Positions 12,791-25,744 of a stretch of DNA of 64,000 bases are shown piece by piece; position 1 is the first letter of the stretch, and each line of letters opens with the position of its first letter. The DNA is from Mytilus californianus (Eukaryota): assembly GCF_021869535.1 (NCBI RefSeq), contig NW_026262593.1, forward strand, positions 31,992,001-32,056,000, given 5' to 3'. Under the pieces are notes generated by a model. That model saw only the letters and a list, made by a program, of their open reading frames with translations, ran no database searches and was not told the DNA's origin. A program made the position numbers and the translations under genes.

Positions 12791-13729
12791 GTCATGTCCA
12801 ATATCCGAGATGATAGCTGTTTGTTACCAAGGTTGGCCTCAAGTTTTCTCTGTAATTGTGATATCTAATGAGCTCATGAGTTAATGTCGTCTGTTCGTTT
12901 TGTGTTTGTTTATCTGCAGTGGTATGCATTTTCCCCGGACATTCTATTAACAATTTAAATAATTCTTTTCCTCTGAACAATGGTTCCATAAGTCCAGAGG
13001 ATTGACACTGAGAGCTGACCGTGGTACCACAGTAACAAGTAAAACATGACAAGATGATGATTACCGATTTGAAAATAGTTTTCAGACAGTAAACTCAAAA
13101 TATTTTATTAACTACTGGCTTGTATACTTATAAAACGTTAAAAATGCATCTTTTTTACAACATAAAACCCAAATTAAATCAGGATATCCCTTGACATGTT
13201 ATTAACGACATGTATGTGGTTTAATATGAATTGCTGTGTCAGCGAATTTTAATTTTCGATGCAATCTTTCCGCCAACAAAAATTATTACAATATATATTT
13301 ATATATATCAAATTGAAAATAAAATTGTAAGAGGGAGATCAACCGCCACATCACAACTTTATATACGGTATTTTCTGGTTTTGCCAGTCCTAGAGTAAAG
13401 TAATAGCATTTGTTATTTTTTTCAATTCGTGGTTAGATTTCACTAGAAACTATTCAGGTTAATGTAATTCTATAGATATATTTTTAAATACATTTCAAGT
13501 TAATCTGCAGACAATCTTTTTCATCTTGTATATGATGTAAGATTTAAATCTAAATTTCCAACTGAACAAACTTGTCTAACATTAGGTAAAATTCAACATG
13601 TATCTTTATTATATCTTCAAGTAAATTTAAATGTCTATTTCAATATCTTTGCAAATTAAAAAAAGCACATAAGCTTGCTTCTGTACAGTTTTTTTTAGCC
13701 ATGTATACTGTTTTGTGAAATGATATGTA

Positions 13730-13917
13730 CGATATACACCGGTAATAGCACTTCACTAACTCCGGAACTGATACTCCTGTAAAAAGTATTGTTAAATTAT
13801 TAATTATTATGGATGTGTATTCACTTAGTGGAACTGTGCGTGGTGTTTTCTTCCCTTTAATATTTCATTTTCGTAGAAAACACATTCATTTGTTCAGAAC
13901 ACGTGAAAACAGTACGT
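13730..13917 (+). promoter_or_regulatory. Candidate promoter and non-coding first exon of acyltransferase copy 1 (paralogous block about 24890-25076)
   Basis: Conserved between duplicates (identical taactccggaactgatactcctgtaaa); Inr-like TCATTT; GTACGT donor-like site at 13912 and 25071. Confidence 0.35.
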
Positions 13918-15115
13918 ATATTCTTTGTAATTTTTTGTCTTGCTTTTAAGGTTCTTATTAATTGTTTTTTTTTTTCAAATGTGATTAAACTATTCAGTAA
14001 TATAGTACAACGTTTAACATTTTGTTTTAAACCCAACATTTATTTTCATTCGAATTATAAGTTTTGCAACAGAAAATAAATGTTCTGAAAATATTTCGTA
14101 AACAGATCATACGAACTAACAAGCGTTTTTTTTAAAACATTCAATTTGTTCTATTCTGCAGTTAACTTTACAAATACAAGTATTCGTATACGAATATCGT
14201 GTTTTGGTGTCCTTATCGCGGTCCGTGTCAAAGTTGATTTAATAGCAGTAACAACGACGACAAATTGAGACCTAAGCATTTGAGTGGTAATAATTACTTG
14301 CAGTCTAAAACTGTACTGACACCGTTGAAAAAAATATTTTTAAATTTTAAGTCAGTTGTGTTGTATGTCTGTGAAGTATGTTTCCACAGTTTTGACAGCT
14401 GGATCCTGATTCTGGTCACGTTATCCTATTGTCTTTTTGGGTTGCTCGCCCAATTTTGTCAATATAGCGGAATCAATAACTGTCATACAAGTGGGAGGTT
14501 TAGCTAGCTAAAAAAAACACCATTTTCTTAGGAAAATACCTGTATACCAAGTCAAGAACATGCCAGTTGTTTTTCAATCGTTCCACTGGTTGATATAGTC
14601 GAGCGTTTGATTTTGTCAAGTGTTATGGACTTCCCCCTTTTAGAATTTAACTTGTTCTTTAATTCTTTTGTTATAGCTAAGAGCAGTTGAATGGTTCGGC
14701 GAACCTCGCTTTTCTTCAGTAGGTCGCACAAATAAATTTCAATTTTTTTCCGATAATCAAAGAGCAGTAGTTTTGATAAAATATGATAATTGTTGATCAT
14801 TAATTTAGATCACCCTTCTACGCATGAAAGGTGTAATTGATCTAATAAAAGGCATACGAAAATAACCGAGTTCATTTCATGAACGGAAAAATATTTATTA
14901 TATAGGAAATGAAATGTACCACACTTTCACAGAGAATATCTAAATTCCTTAGTGAGACTAAATAACAGTCCTTTACATATGATGAACGTATTCTTTCATT
15001 TTTTAAATCTGTAAAGTTAAGAGCATTAAATTATAATCTTACTTGATCTATTGAAGTAAATTTACATTTTTGTGTTCATTGTACCATGTTAAAGCCTTCA
15101 GGTTCTTCCGTCTGA

Positions 15116-15197
15116 ACGTAGTAGATCTACATTTAATTATCTAAACGATGTTAATCCATTTCCTACGAGATATTCAATTAGAATAGCAAGATAAAAT
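15116..15197. promoter_or_regulatory. Conserved non-coding block (paralog at 25404-25485)
   Basis: 52 bp identical, then 2 mismatches, then 28 bp identical; contains the palindrome GTAGATCTAC and TAATTA/TAATCC homeodomain-type motifs. Confidence 0.5.
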
Positions 15198-15582
15198 GTA
15201 TTTTCATAAGAGTTCGCCAAAATTAAGGTCAAATTGCTAAAATTGCGGAATAGTTTAGTAATTAAGTGATGACTTAATCTTTAAAGATGATCGCCTAACA
15301 TTTTTTTTTAACGTTTTATCATATTTTATTTAAAACCATTCAAGCCTTAGGCTCGTGAAACAACATTGTTTTTAACCAGTGGTTTAAAAGACTACCTGGA
15401 CAATACCTTGCTTATTCTTGAGCAAACTGTGACGAGAAACTTTGTGTAATACACTATATCGGTAGACACTATCGTAATAAATAACACATGTTATTGATAG
15501 AACTACAAAAAGATTTTTACTTTTGAGTAATTCATCAACTGCAAATTCCGATATTTAATCGCTTACTTTGTGTATTGCAGAC

Positions 15583-15615
15583 ATGGAGGATCAAAAGACT
15601 GTTGTAAACAAACAG
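15583..15615 (+). CDS. Acyltransferase copy 1, leader coding exon (MEDQKTVVNKQ)
   Basis: Acceptor ttgcag at 15575-15580, ATG at 15583, phase-0 donor gttagt at 15616; joins in frame to 19686; exon conserved at 28256-28289. Confidence 0.75.
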
Positions 15616-15953
15616 GTTAGTCTTGTATTTATTTAAACAACTACTTTTAAAATACACAACTTATTATCAATATGGGACTGTTAGTTATTTGGTTGCCTTT
15701 TAAAGTTAAAAAGATTCAATTTATTAATATTGAACAAGTTGAATCTGAACGTGATTACGTAAATACAACAAGGTCAATTTCATTAATTTTTTGGAGGTTT
15801 TAACACATAACGCTTATTCGTTATTTTAAAGGGTTTTGATACAAAATAATAATTATTCATTTTTAAAGGGTTTTAATACAAAATAATGCTTATTCATTTT
15901 TTTATAGGGTTAACACAAAATGTTTCCTTATAAATACACTAAAATGTACAATA

Positions 15954-16134
15954 CAGTGGCGAATTCAGGATTTTTGAAAGGGGGCGTATTTCGCGAAAAT
16001 GAGAGATATATGGACGATGTTAATATGCCAAAAAAGTAAATCTTTCCCGATTTTAAAGTGTGTGTGTGTGTGGGGGGAGGGGGGGGGGGAGTAAGGTTCG
16101 CCCTCTACTCACACTCACCCTGAATCAGCCACTG
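15954..16134. mobile_element. Small MITE (CAGTGG...CCACTG termini)
   Basis: cagtggcgaattcagg / cctgaatcagccactg inverted repeats, each flanked by caata; internal (GT)n and G-run. Confidence 0.7.
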
Positions 16135-16507
16135 CAATATGTGCATTTCGACAATTAACGTCTTTTCAGTGATGCTCAAAGCCAAAACATGTGAAAATCC
16201 AAAACCTTATCCACCGGTCGAAGAGCTGATGCATTCGAAAATAGTAGGATCGAATTAGAAGATAATTTTTAGACAATGCAATGAAAGACAAATCACCGTT
16301 TTAACAATGTTAGTCTGACCTATGGAGTGACGTTATTTTCAATTTTGGGGTACGAACAATGCAATAACCCACAGTTCTTTAGATTCTGAAAAGGCAAATT
16401 AACTAAATGAATATATATGTGGTATATTTTACCTATTTTAACATTCACTTTGAATTAAAAGACGAATTCATTGTTTTGGTGATGTAACTTGAGAGTTGAT
16501 TTAAAAA

Positions 16508-16980
16508 TAAGAAGACGTGGTATGATTGCCAATGAGACAACTCTCCACCAGAGACCAAATGACAAAGAAGTTTACAGCTATAGGTCACCGTACGGCCTTC
16601 AACAATGAGCAAAACCCATATTGCATAGTCAGCTATAAAAGGCCCCGAAATGACAAATGTAAAACAATTCAAACAAGAAAACTAACGGCCTGATTTATGT
16701 ACAAAACAAATAACGAAAAACAAATATGATATACAGCAACAAACGACAACCACGGAAATACAGGCTCCTGACTTTGGACAGGCACATACAGAATGTGGCT
16801 GGGTTAAACTAGATTGAAGGCGCCAACCCTCCCCCTAACCTGGGACAGTGGAGTAACGATACAACATAAGATCAAACTGTGCAAAACAAAATAAACGAAA
16901 AATAAATATGAGAAACAGCAGAAAACGACACCCACTCAATTACAGGCTCCTGGCTTCGGACATGAACATATAGAATGTGT
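16508..16980. mobile_element. Family B repeat, specific to duplicate unit 1
   Basis: Absent at the paralogous site near 31890. Confidence 0.8.
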
Positions 16981-17344
16981 CTATTTGTCTACCAATCTAC
17001 CGATCTAAATAAAATATAGATCTCCTATTTCGTTATCCTGATATGAGAATATATACGAGCACGCGAGTTGTGATAGATCCGAATTTAACTTTAAGTTAAG
17101 AAAAACCAAGATTCCTCGGCCTGTGTATCGGATATAATTTCTCTTTTCCGACCAGACGTTCATTATGATAAAATGCGTTATTGTAGCAAATGTAACGTTG
17201 TAACCGCCATGTCAACTACGGGAGTAAAAAATGATTGAGCAATTACTTTATATAATCATACTTTTATAATTAATTCAAATTAGATTTTTACTGTTCGTAT
17301 TACCATGTAACTGTATTTGTTTATTCAAAAGGGGAAAAAGGGGG

Positions 17345-17650
17345 GGGGGGGGGTGGGGGGTTGAGATATCACACACAAAACATGCCCCATTTTTGCGCCT
17401 GTCCCGAGTCAGGAATCTATAGCCTTTGTAGTCTTGTGTGTTTTTTTTAAATTTTGGTTCATTTGCATGTTTCGGAGTTAAGTGTGGCGTCCATTTCGCT
17501 GAACTAGGATACATTATTGTTTAGGGACCAGCTGAAGACCGTCTCTGGGTGCAGGATTTTCTCGCTGCGTTGATGACCCATTGGTGGACTTTGTTTTTTT
17601 TTTGCTCTTTGTAGGGTTGCTGTCTCTTTGACACATTCCCCGATTCCATT
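17345..17650. mobile_element. Unclassified repeat 'family E'
   Basis: Inverted homolog at 24305-24590; related copy near 39740-39900. Confidence 0.7.
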
Positions 17651-18509
17651 CTGTATTCTATTGTCTTGAAATCTGAATTCGATTATTGATAAATTGATAA
17701 TTATCCGACGCCATTGTTGCAACGCCAAGCATTTTTTAATGGATATTCGAAATATAATTCTGTTTATGACCTCGTCGTTTAAACCTGGTCTCTTTTAAGC
17801 CTTGTCTTGTTTTAAAGCCAAAACCATCTAAGCTAGTGTGTTTATATATAAGGCAGCATAGGGAGTATTTCAAAGATATTGCTCTCAATTACTGCTTTTC
17901 ACCAATATATGTTTTAATTTGGATTTACTTCAATTTTTGCGAACAATAAGTTTGACAAGGTAGTAATTCAATTTTAGTCACGAATCAATTGATCATCTAT
18001 AAAGACAATACATGTCCAATATCTCGAAAAATATAATATACATATTTTGTATACGAGGCAGAAAAAACAGATATATTATGCGTTGCTTGCCAAGCTTTAC
18101 TACTTATTTTATACCGAGTGCTTAGCCTAACTATTATAGATATTCAAGACATCTTTCTCGTCGTGAATATGCTTGAACTATTTGCCACTGGACGATAGGT
18201 AAACAACAATCAACCATGACAATGTTACATATATATTTAATCACACAGTCTGAAAATAAATACAAATAATTAGGAAAAATTGGTATTTGGTGATTTGAAA
18301 CGTCGACTTCTGCAGCTGATCGAAGAAAAAATGTAGATTACTGGTGCATCCTCGTTACCTTAATTAATTCTTCACACTTTGTTTGTATTCTTTATCTGTT
18401 GCGATAAGTTCACTCGACATTCTTTTAGAAACGAAAAATTTTCAGGTCATAATATACTCGATACTTATGCAGTATAACCAATTGTAAAGCATTAAAAAGA
18501 AAACATTTA

Positions 18510-18803
18510 GGAAGCAACCATTTAACTTCAAGTAGGGGGGGGGGGTTATGGTTTTTTGTCTGAGACAGATTTTTTTTTTGCGCAAATCTCGAACATTTTT
18601 TTTTAGTTTTTCGACGCTATCAATCAAATTATTTTATTCAAAATTTAACACTATAAGGTATGGGGAAAATCTGGATTCATAATATTTTATTTTGTCATCT
18701 GCTTGACCTCAATATTTTTTTCATCAAATTGGGGATCAGAATACATTTTTAAGAAAAAACCATAACCCCCCCCCCCCCTCTTTGCAGTTAAATGGTCGTT
18801 CCC
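18510..18803. mobile_element. Non-autonomous TIR element, Kolobok-like termini, specific to unit 1
   Basis: ggaagcaaccatttaact / agttaaatggtcgttccc plus gggggttatggtttttt / aaaaaaccataaccccc; flanks TTTA and TTAA; absent at paralogous site near 33455. Confidence 0.75.
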
Positions 18804-19685
18804 TTAAAGTTTACCTCCTGTGTTCTGAAGTGTCAAATTTAGAATTCTTGATAATGAAATTTTGTGTACAGTACTCCACGTTTACCAGAAATATCCATAC
18901 AATTTTGTGAACTTCTGTGTTGTATGAATTTCGCTGTGACCGACAATTTTGGAATTCAAATCGGCAACAAAAGTATGAAGTTGGAAAAGCTCTCCCCTCC
19001 CCACCCCTCCCCCCCAAAAGAAACAAAAAAAAAATAAAAATAAAGAATGTGTATCTAGCTATTCAATTGGCTCAGTGGTTTTTTGTAAGAACATATTCGA
19101 AGTTTCAGTCCATCAAAACCCATAATTTGCGCTTGTGATCTAAATTTCTAATGCCAAAAAAACCCACTCTAAAATTATGTTCACCAACTTAGTAATATAT
19201 ATGCCATGTTGTAAGCCCATTTAACTTTAATCTCTAAAACAATTTCTAAGGAGAGACAGTGTGGCGGTCATTTTGGATTTTGGATCGGTAATAAAATGCC
19301 ATGTCGAGAAAAAACACATGTCAATCGGAATCCATAGTTGGTCCAGGCAGTCATGTTGAATTTCCTTTCGAAATATTACACGTTAAAAAAAAAACAAACA
19401 AAAAACTGAAAGAACATTCCGTCCTGTTCAATTTGGCTGAGTAGTTTCTCAGAAGCTGAACGTTTTCGTATTGTGTATATACATATTTTGAAATAAATCA
19501 TTTGATACCGTTCTCGTTAAGGAAATAATTTAAGCCAACTTCCTCAATATAAATAATTCTAAACACGATAACTTAAATATTTTACAAAAAAAATTTACAA
19601 TGATTGATATCAAGTCCTGTAACCTATAAACATCGTTTACGTCTAAGAGTGTAGTTACATGTATTAATGTTTCGTTTGATTTCAG

Positions 19686-21101
19686 GTAGTGGCATGTCAG
19701 ACTATGTCAGAGGAGAACCTACTTCCGTACACACAAACAAACTCTCAAAGGTCAAGGACACTGGGATTATTAGAAACAATGTACCACACGTATACCTGCC
19801 GAGAAATTGATGTCTGTCCAGTATACTTTAAAATGTCGACAAAACATCCTGTAACGCGTCATCACGTTAAGGAGGCATTGTTTACACTTGTGGACGAATT
19901 TGCAGCTTTGCGGTTAACAATTGTCCAAACTGGCCGTCATTCATACAAATTTGTTGAAAGGAAACGCATGCCCGTTTCCATCCATGAAAAATACACAAAC
20001 ACTAACGAAACAATACTGAATCAAGAACGATTACATAAATTCGATTTTAGTCGGGGTCCTCTTTGGAAATTTACATGGTTGAAGAATCCAACTAAGCATG
20101 GTGAAAATGCATTGCAATATCCATTCCATTTCTTCTTCATTTTTCATCATGCAATATCAGATTTCCATCAAATTCATACAATCGTTCAGAGCTTGACCAG
20201 AAACATTCTTCACTCACAGAGAGTACTGCCTACAGCTCCAATATACAAGCGCCATCTATGTCCATCGATTGAACATGTTATACCATTAGATTTTGTAAGG
20301 AAAGTATCTCAGACAAACGATAGTACAAAATGGCCAACATGTGCAATAGACACATACAATGCAGCATTTAATTCCGAAATCGCCGAACTACAGAAAAGAA
20401 ATCTCTCAACAGCAATATGCCCCGTACAACTAAACGAGACGGACTCGAGATCATTTTTTCGACAATGTAAACACCATAACGTTAAAATAACGTCTGCAAT
20501 AGTTGCAGCCATGACTGTTTCGTTTACACAGCTTATTCAAACAGCACTCCCACCAAGTTCCAGCAGATTTGTTGTCCCCGTAGAAATAATGGTTGACTTA
20601 ACAAGATACATTGTAGATGACAGAATTAAACAGTCGTTTGGAAGCGTCGGGGCAATACACCTACCATTTCTAGTTGAGATGAATCTTTTAGACCTAAAAT
20701 CCAAGGGAAACTTTTGGTCCATAGCTCAACAATGCCAGACACGACTTGACCAGAGTCTAGCTACCGGGGAACCAATGAAAGTGTTACTGCGAGACGTTCC
20801 ATCAGAAATACACAATGAACCGGAAATTGGAAAGTCGCCATTTGTGTTGTCTATTTCAAACATGGGCAGTCTTGATGATATTATTCCGGAAACGTGCAAA
20901 CATGAAATTCAGCTAGAGGACTTCATTCCATGGACAAATGTCACAGTGGATGACATGCCAGTGTTTTGTACAGGGTTTCTTACGTTTAATGGCTCATTAA
21001 AAATGGTGGCAGGCTATTGTAATAGTTACACTTCTAAGCAGACGACAGATTTATTCACAAGTTCATTAAGGCAGCTTTTAATAAATTGCAGTAAGCTTTA
21101 A
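19686..21101 (+). CDS. HHxxxD CoA-dependent acyltransferase (condensation-domain / alcohol acetyltransferase-like), copy 1, main exon; 482 aa with leader exon
   Basis: 1416-nt open exon after tttcag acceptor; motifs RTLGLLE, RGPLWK, HHAISD (20145-20162) and LSISNMG. Confidence 0.85.
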   Translation, partial: VVACQTMSEENLLPYTQTNSQRSRTLGLLETMYHTYTCREIDVCPVYFKMSTKHPVTRHHVKEALFTLVDEFAALRLTIVQTGRHSYKFVERKRMPVSIHEKYTNTNETILNQERLHKFDFSRGPLWKFTWLKNPTKHGENALQYPFHFFFIFHHAISDFHQIHTIVQSLTRNILHSQRVLPTAPIYKRHLCPSIEHVIPLDFVRKVSQTNDSTKWPTCAIDTYNAAFNSEIAELQKRNLSTAICPVQLNETDSRSFFRQCKHHNVKITSAIVAAMTVSFTQLIQTALPPSSSRFVVPVEIMVDLTRYIVDDRIKQSFGSVGAIHLPFLVEMNLLDLKSKGNFWSIAQQCQTRLDQSLATGEPMKVLLRDVPSEIHNEPEIGKSPFVLSISNMGSLDDIIPETCKHEIQLEDFIPWTNVTVDDMPVFCTGFLTFNGSLKMVAGYCNSYTSKQTTDLFTSSLRQLLINCSKL

Positions 21102-22188
21102 CGGTGTTTTTGTATACTGAGAATCATTTATGTTCAAAATTTTTTAACAAATGAATAAATTATCTTATTAGGAAATCAGAAGAAGTAGAATATTATATAG
21201 AAAGATAAGAAGATGTGGTATGATTCCTAAAGAGACAACTCTTCACATGAGACCAAATGACACAGAAATTAACAAATATAGGTCACCGCACGGCCTTCAA
21301 CAGTGATGCCCATCTTTGTGAACATGAGGAGCATTCATACAGTTCACATTGCCACCGGACGCCTTGCAATCCGGCCGCGAGCAGATCAAGAAATTGTTAA
21401 GTCAAGATCTTGTTACTTTTCCGCACTCTTTTAAATGTACACATGGCACAAGGTTTAAATGCAATATAAAATGCCAATAAGTTTGAATAGCTGTAAAACA
21501 ATACAAAATTAGTTATGTTTCAAAGTATTAAAAACAAAATTAAAGTTAGTACCGATGAGACAAATACTACAGTGTTAGATTGATAATTTGTATTTTCATG
21601 CGCAAATCAAGTGCTTCAGGAATAACATTCATGATGTACGCTTAATTAGAAAACATGTGTTATACTTGGTTTCAGTATATTAAACGAGAGCTATAGATGA
21701 TTTCCACATGAAATATTTCATTTACACCAAGGAGTTTTTCGTTTATAACTGTAAAGTCATAAATTACATTGAAACAGCAGACACTGACACAAAAACTAAA
21801 AAGATATATAATGAATGATTTTGTTTTAAAGTACTCTGTGTTTCAGTAATTCGCCGTAGCAGTTTCAAAATAACTTTCCTGGAATGTTGAAATACCAAAA
21901 AAGCAAATTACTTGCAGTTACAACGTGAATTCCTGCAAACTGTTACGCCATGATCTTGCACTTTAAATAATTGACTTACTCTGTTTCGGTATAGTACAAA
22001 ATAGGGTATAGTACAAAATATGGTATATTCATATCACATGTACAGTTATTGTCCCGAATTTGCACGCAATATCTACATCTAAACGGCAATTAACAATCAA
22101 TGTAGGACGAGGACATGGTCAACATTATTTTTTTTTGTTCTACATGTTACTTGATGGGATGAAAGGCGCAGCATGTATACTCTACTCA

Positions 22189-22827
22189 ATAATCTTAGAA
22201 ATATTGCAGATGAATTATTCACTTGCGAGTTCAATTTAACCCCTTGGCTTGTGATGGGTTTCGCATGTCTTTAACTATGAAAAGGAAAAGAATGTCAACA
22301 TTAAAAGCGAAACAGGGATGAATCATTTGGTTGACTGACTCGACAAAAACTCATTCTTATACAGGTAAAACGATAAACATACCTTTTTAACCTACAATAT
22401 TGAAATCCAACAGACCAATTCCACGTGGTCGCCATCTATTTATATTTATTTTTATGTCGGTTTATATGACCGTCGGCAGTCTTCGGAGGTCATCTCGATG
22501 GTTAATTATATGACGTCTAAACAACAATACACACAAAATGTTGATATATAATATCGAGTCCATGCATCCGTGTCAGACCACCAATTCAAAATCCCTATCT
22601 ATTCAACAAAATTTTCATTTTCACAAAAAAGGAATATTCCTGACTTGGTACAGGCATTTTCTTATGTAGAAAATGGTGGATTGAACCTGCTTTTATAGCG
22701 CTAAACCTCTCACTTGTATGGCAGTCGCATCACAATCCATTATATTGACAACGATGCGCGAATAAAACAAACAGACATAAAAGGTAAAATGTCAAAATAG
22801 GGGTACAGCAGTCAACACTTGCAGCTG
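22189..22827. mobile_element. Composite insertion with 7-bp target-site duplication CTACTCA, specific to unit 1
   Basis: CTACTCA at 22182-22188 and 22828-22834; single CTACTCA at the paralogous empty site near 37017-37023. Confidence 0.8.
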
Positions 22828-23279
22828 CTACTCAGACTTTGTAAAACGTCACCAGTGCCTGAGCAGACAGTTGATGAACCAGGGGTATGTCAAAGAACGT
22901 CTAGTCCTTTTTCTAAAAAAAGTTCATCGGAAGATACCAAGACCTTGTTGATAAATATTCCGTATCAACTTCATAAATAATACATGATGGTCTTGAAAAA
23001 TAGATTCAAGGTACTGACGTTGTTTATCATCTTAATAACGTGTTATAGTATTTTTTTATTTGTCTTTTTAAATTATTACTTTTACTGTTTAGTCTATATT
23101 TGGTAATATCTATTTGACGTGGCTTGGTACTTATACATCCCGTCTTTGTGTTATTGTGCTATGGTTAATTTTTTTATTCTTCTCTTTCGTTTTTGCTAAT
23201 GTGCTTTGTCTATATGCCTTTTTGTTTTTCTTTGTTAACATATTTGTTTGTTTTTATAGTGATTAAGATTATAACACAA

Positions 23280-23580
23280 TGTTGACTGTTGTACCCCTAT
23301 TTTTGACATTTTTACCTATTATGTCTGTTTGTTTTGTTCACACATCGTTGTCAATAAAATGGAATTTTATGCGACTGTCATACAAGTGAGAGGTTTAGCT
23401 AGCTATAAAACCAGGTTTAATCCACCATTTTTTATATAAAAAATGCCTGTACCAAGTCAGGAATATGACAGTTGTAATCCATTTGTTTGATCTGTTTGAG
23501 CTTTTGATTTTGCCATTTGCTTAAGGACTTTCCGTTTAGAAATTTTCTCAGAGTTCGTTTTTTTTATTTTACTTTTTTTC
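23280..23580. mobile_element. Unclassified repeat 'family C' (gcgactgtcatacaagtgagaggtttagctagc...), shared with unit 2 at 37450-37780
   Basis: Further copies at 14480-14650, 22630-22820 (reverse), 23995-24200, 28308-28510 and 38270-38380 (reverse). Confidence 0.8.
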
Positions 23581-25744
23581 TATATGATGGAGCCACCTGA
23601 ATGCACAGAAATGGAAAGTTCAAAATAGTAAAATTGAAATCGTCTCTTCTAAATGCCAGTGTAGTTCTCAGCCGACCTGCATCAGCAATTTCTAGATTAA
23701 GTCAATATATGGAGTAGATATTACTGAATCTGTGGTATCCTTTATTTCAAGTTCAACTGATAAGATATAAAACTTTGAAAATGTATCTTTTTTACAACAT
23801 AAGACTCAAATAAAATGAGGATATCCCTTGACATGTTATCAACGACAAGTATGTGGTCAATTTAAACTGCTGTTTCAGCGAATTTAAATTTTCGATGCAT
23901 TCTTTCCGCAAATTATTTTTTACAATAAATATTTTCATTATGAAATTGAAAAAGAAAATAAAGAGGAAAATCAGCAGAAGAGTTTCCTTTTAAAATGGAA
24001 TTTTATGGGACTGTCATACAAGTGAGAGGTTTAGCTAGCTATAAAACAAAGTTTAATCCATCATTTTCTACATAAGAAAATGTCTGTACCAAGTCAGGAA
24101 TATGACAGTTATTATCCATTCGTTTGATGTGTTTGAGCTTTTAATTTTGCCATTTTATTAGGAACTTTCCGTTAGAAATTTTCCCCGGAGTTTGGTATGT
24201 TTGTTATCAAAATTTTATATAGAATTTTCTGATTTCGAATTTTGAAATTCCGTGGTAAAGTAATATCATTTTTTTTATTTAAACAATTCGTGATAAGATT
24301 TCACAAGAATAGAGAATGGAAACAGGAAATATGTCAAAGAGACAAAAACCCGACCAAAGAGCAGAAAACGGCCCAAAGCCACCTATGGGTCTTTAACGCA
24401 GAGAGAAAATCTTGCGCCCTGAGGCGGGCTTCTACAGGACCATAAACAATAATATATACAAGTACAGCGAAATGAATACCACACTTAATTAAGAAACATA
24501 CAAATGAATCTAAATAAAAAAAATCATACAAGACCAACAAAGGATAGAAGTTTCTGACCCGGGATAGGCGCAAAAATGCGGCGGGGTGAAGAAACTATTG
24601 AGATTAATAGTTTGATAGATACATGAATATATTTCAAGTTAATCTGCAAACCATATTCTTCATCTTGTATATGATGTAAGATTTAAATCTTTATTTCAAC
24701 TTGAGTAAATTTGAATAATGTAAGGTAAAAGTCAACATGCTATCTTTATTAAATCTTCAAGTAAATTTTAATGTCCATTTAAAATATCTTTATGAATTGA
24801 AAAGGCACATAAGGTTGCTTGTGCTGCTCAGGTGATTTAGTCATGCATACTATATAAACAGGGTAAAACAGGTTGTTAAATAATATTACCATATACACCG
24901 GTAAGAACACTCCATTAACTCCGGAACTGATACTCCTGTAAACTGTATTGTTAAATTATCAGCTATTATGGATATTTATTCACTTAAAAGTACTGTGAGG
25001 TGTGTTTTCTTCCCTTTAATATTTCATTTTCGAAGAAAACACACCCACTTGTTCAAGACACATGGAAACAGTACGTATATTTTTGTTATTGTTTTCTTGC
25101 TTGTAAAATCCAAATGCCTTGAAGCAAATTTCATTGTCCGGATTGATTCTTCAAAAGAAAAACCTATCGTTTTGAAAGAAAATAACTCCATATAGGTATA
25201 TTATGTCGTATAACACACCTCGGGGTTTCAGAATTGTCAACAAATGAGACCTCTCTACGGTCGGTCTTTCATTTGATCAATTCTGTCACCCCTCGGTGTG
25301 TTATACGGCAAGAAACACCTTAAAATATGCATTATCTAAAACGTACACATACATTTTTGTGTTCATTGTACAGTGGTAAAGCCTTTTCTTGTTCTTCGTC
25401 TGGACGTAGTAGATCTACATTTAATTATCTAAACGATGTTAATCCATTTCCTACGTTATATTCAATTAGAATAGCAAGATAAAATATATTTCGACAAAAT
25501 TTCACATGAAAAATTGTGGAATAGTTTAGTAATTTAGTGATGACTTCATCTTTAAATATATGACATCTTGATATTTTTTTTAATGTTTTACCATATTTTA
25601 TTTAAAATCATTCATACCTTACGCTCGAGAAACAACATTGTTTTTAACCCGTGTTTTAAGGGACTGCCTGGACAATACCTTACTTTTTTCATGAAACACT
25701 TTGTAACGAAAAACTTTGTGTAGCAACTAAAATTTTCAATTACA

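Larger units (their letters stand above)
11340..23580 (+). repeat. Tandem segmental duplication, unit 1
   Basis: Collinear blocks shared with unit 2: 13130/23770, 13490/24630, 15060/25350, 15460/28170, 16130/31550, 18310/33280, CDS 19686/34705, 3' flank to 23580/37780. Confidence 0.9.

Noticed and set aside
12792-13052. 86-aa minus-strand ORF
   Set aside because: No recognisable motif and absent from the duplicate unit.
16225-16245. ctgatgcattcgaaa as a minimal hammerhead (paralog near 31632)
   Set aside because: Core reads CUGAUGC rather than CUGANGA; no stem II or flanking stems.
20309-20722. Antisense ORFs within real CDSs (also 34962-35159, 52695-53030, 58667-58948)
   Set aside because: Shadow frames of the + strand genes.
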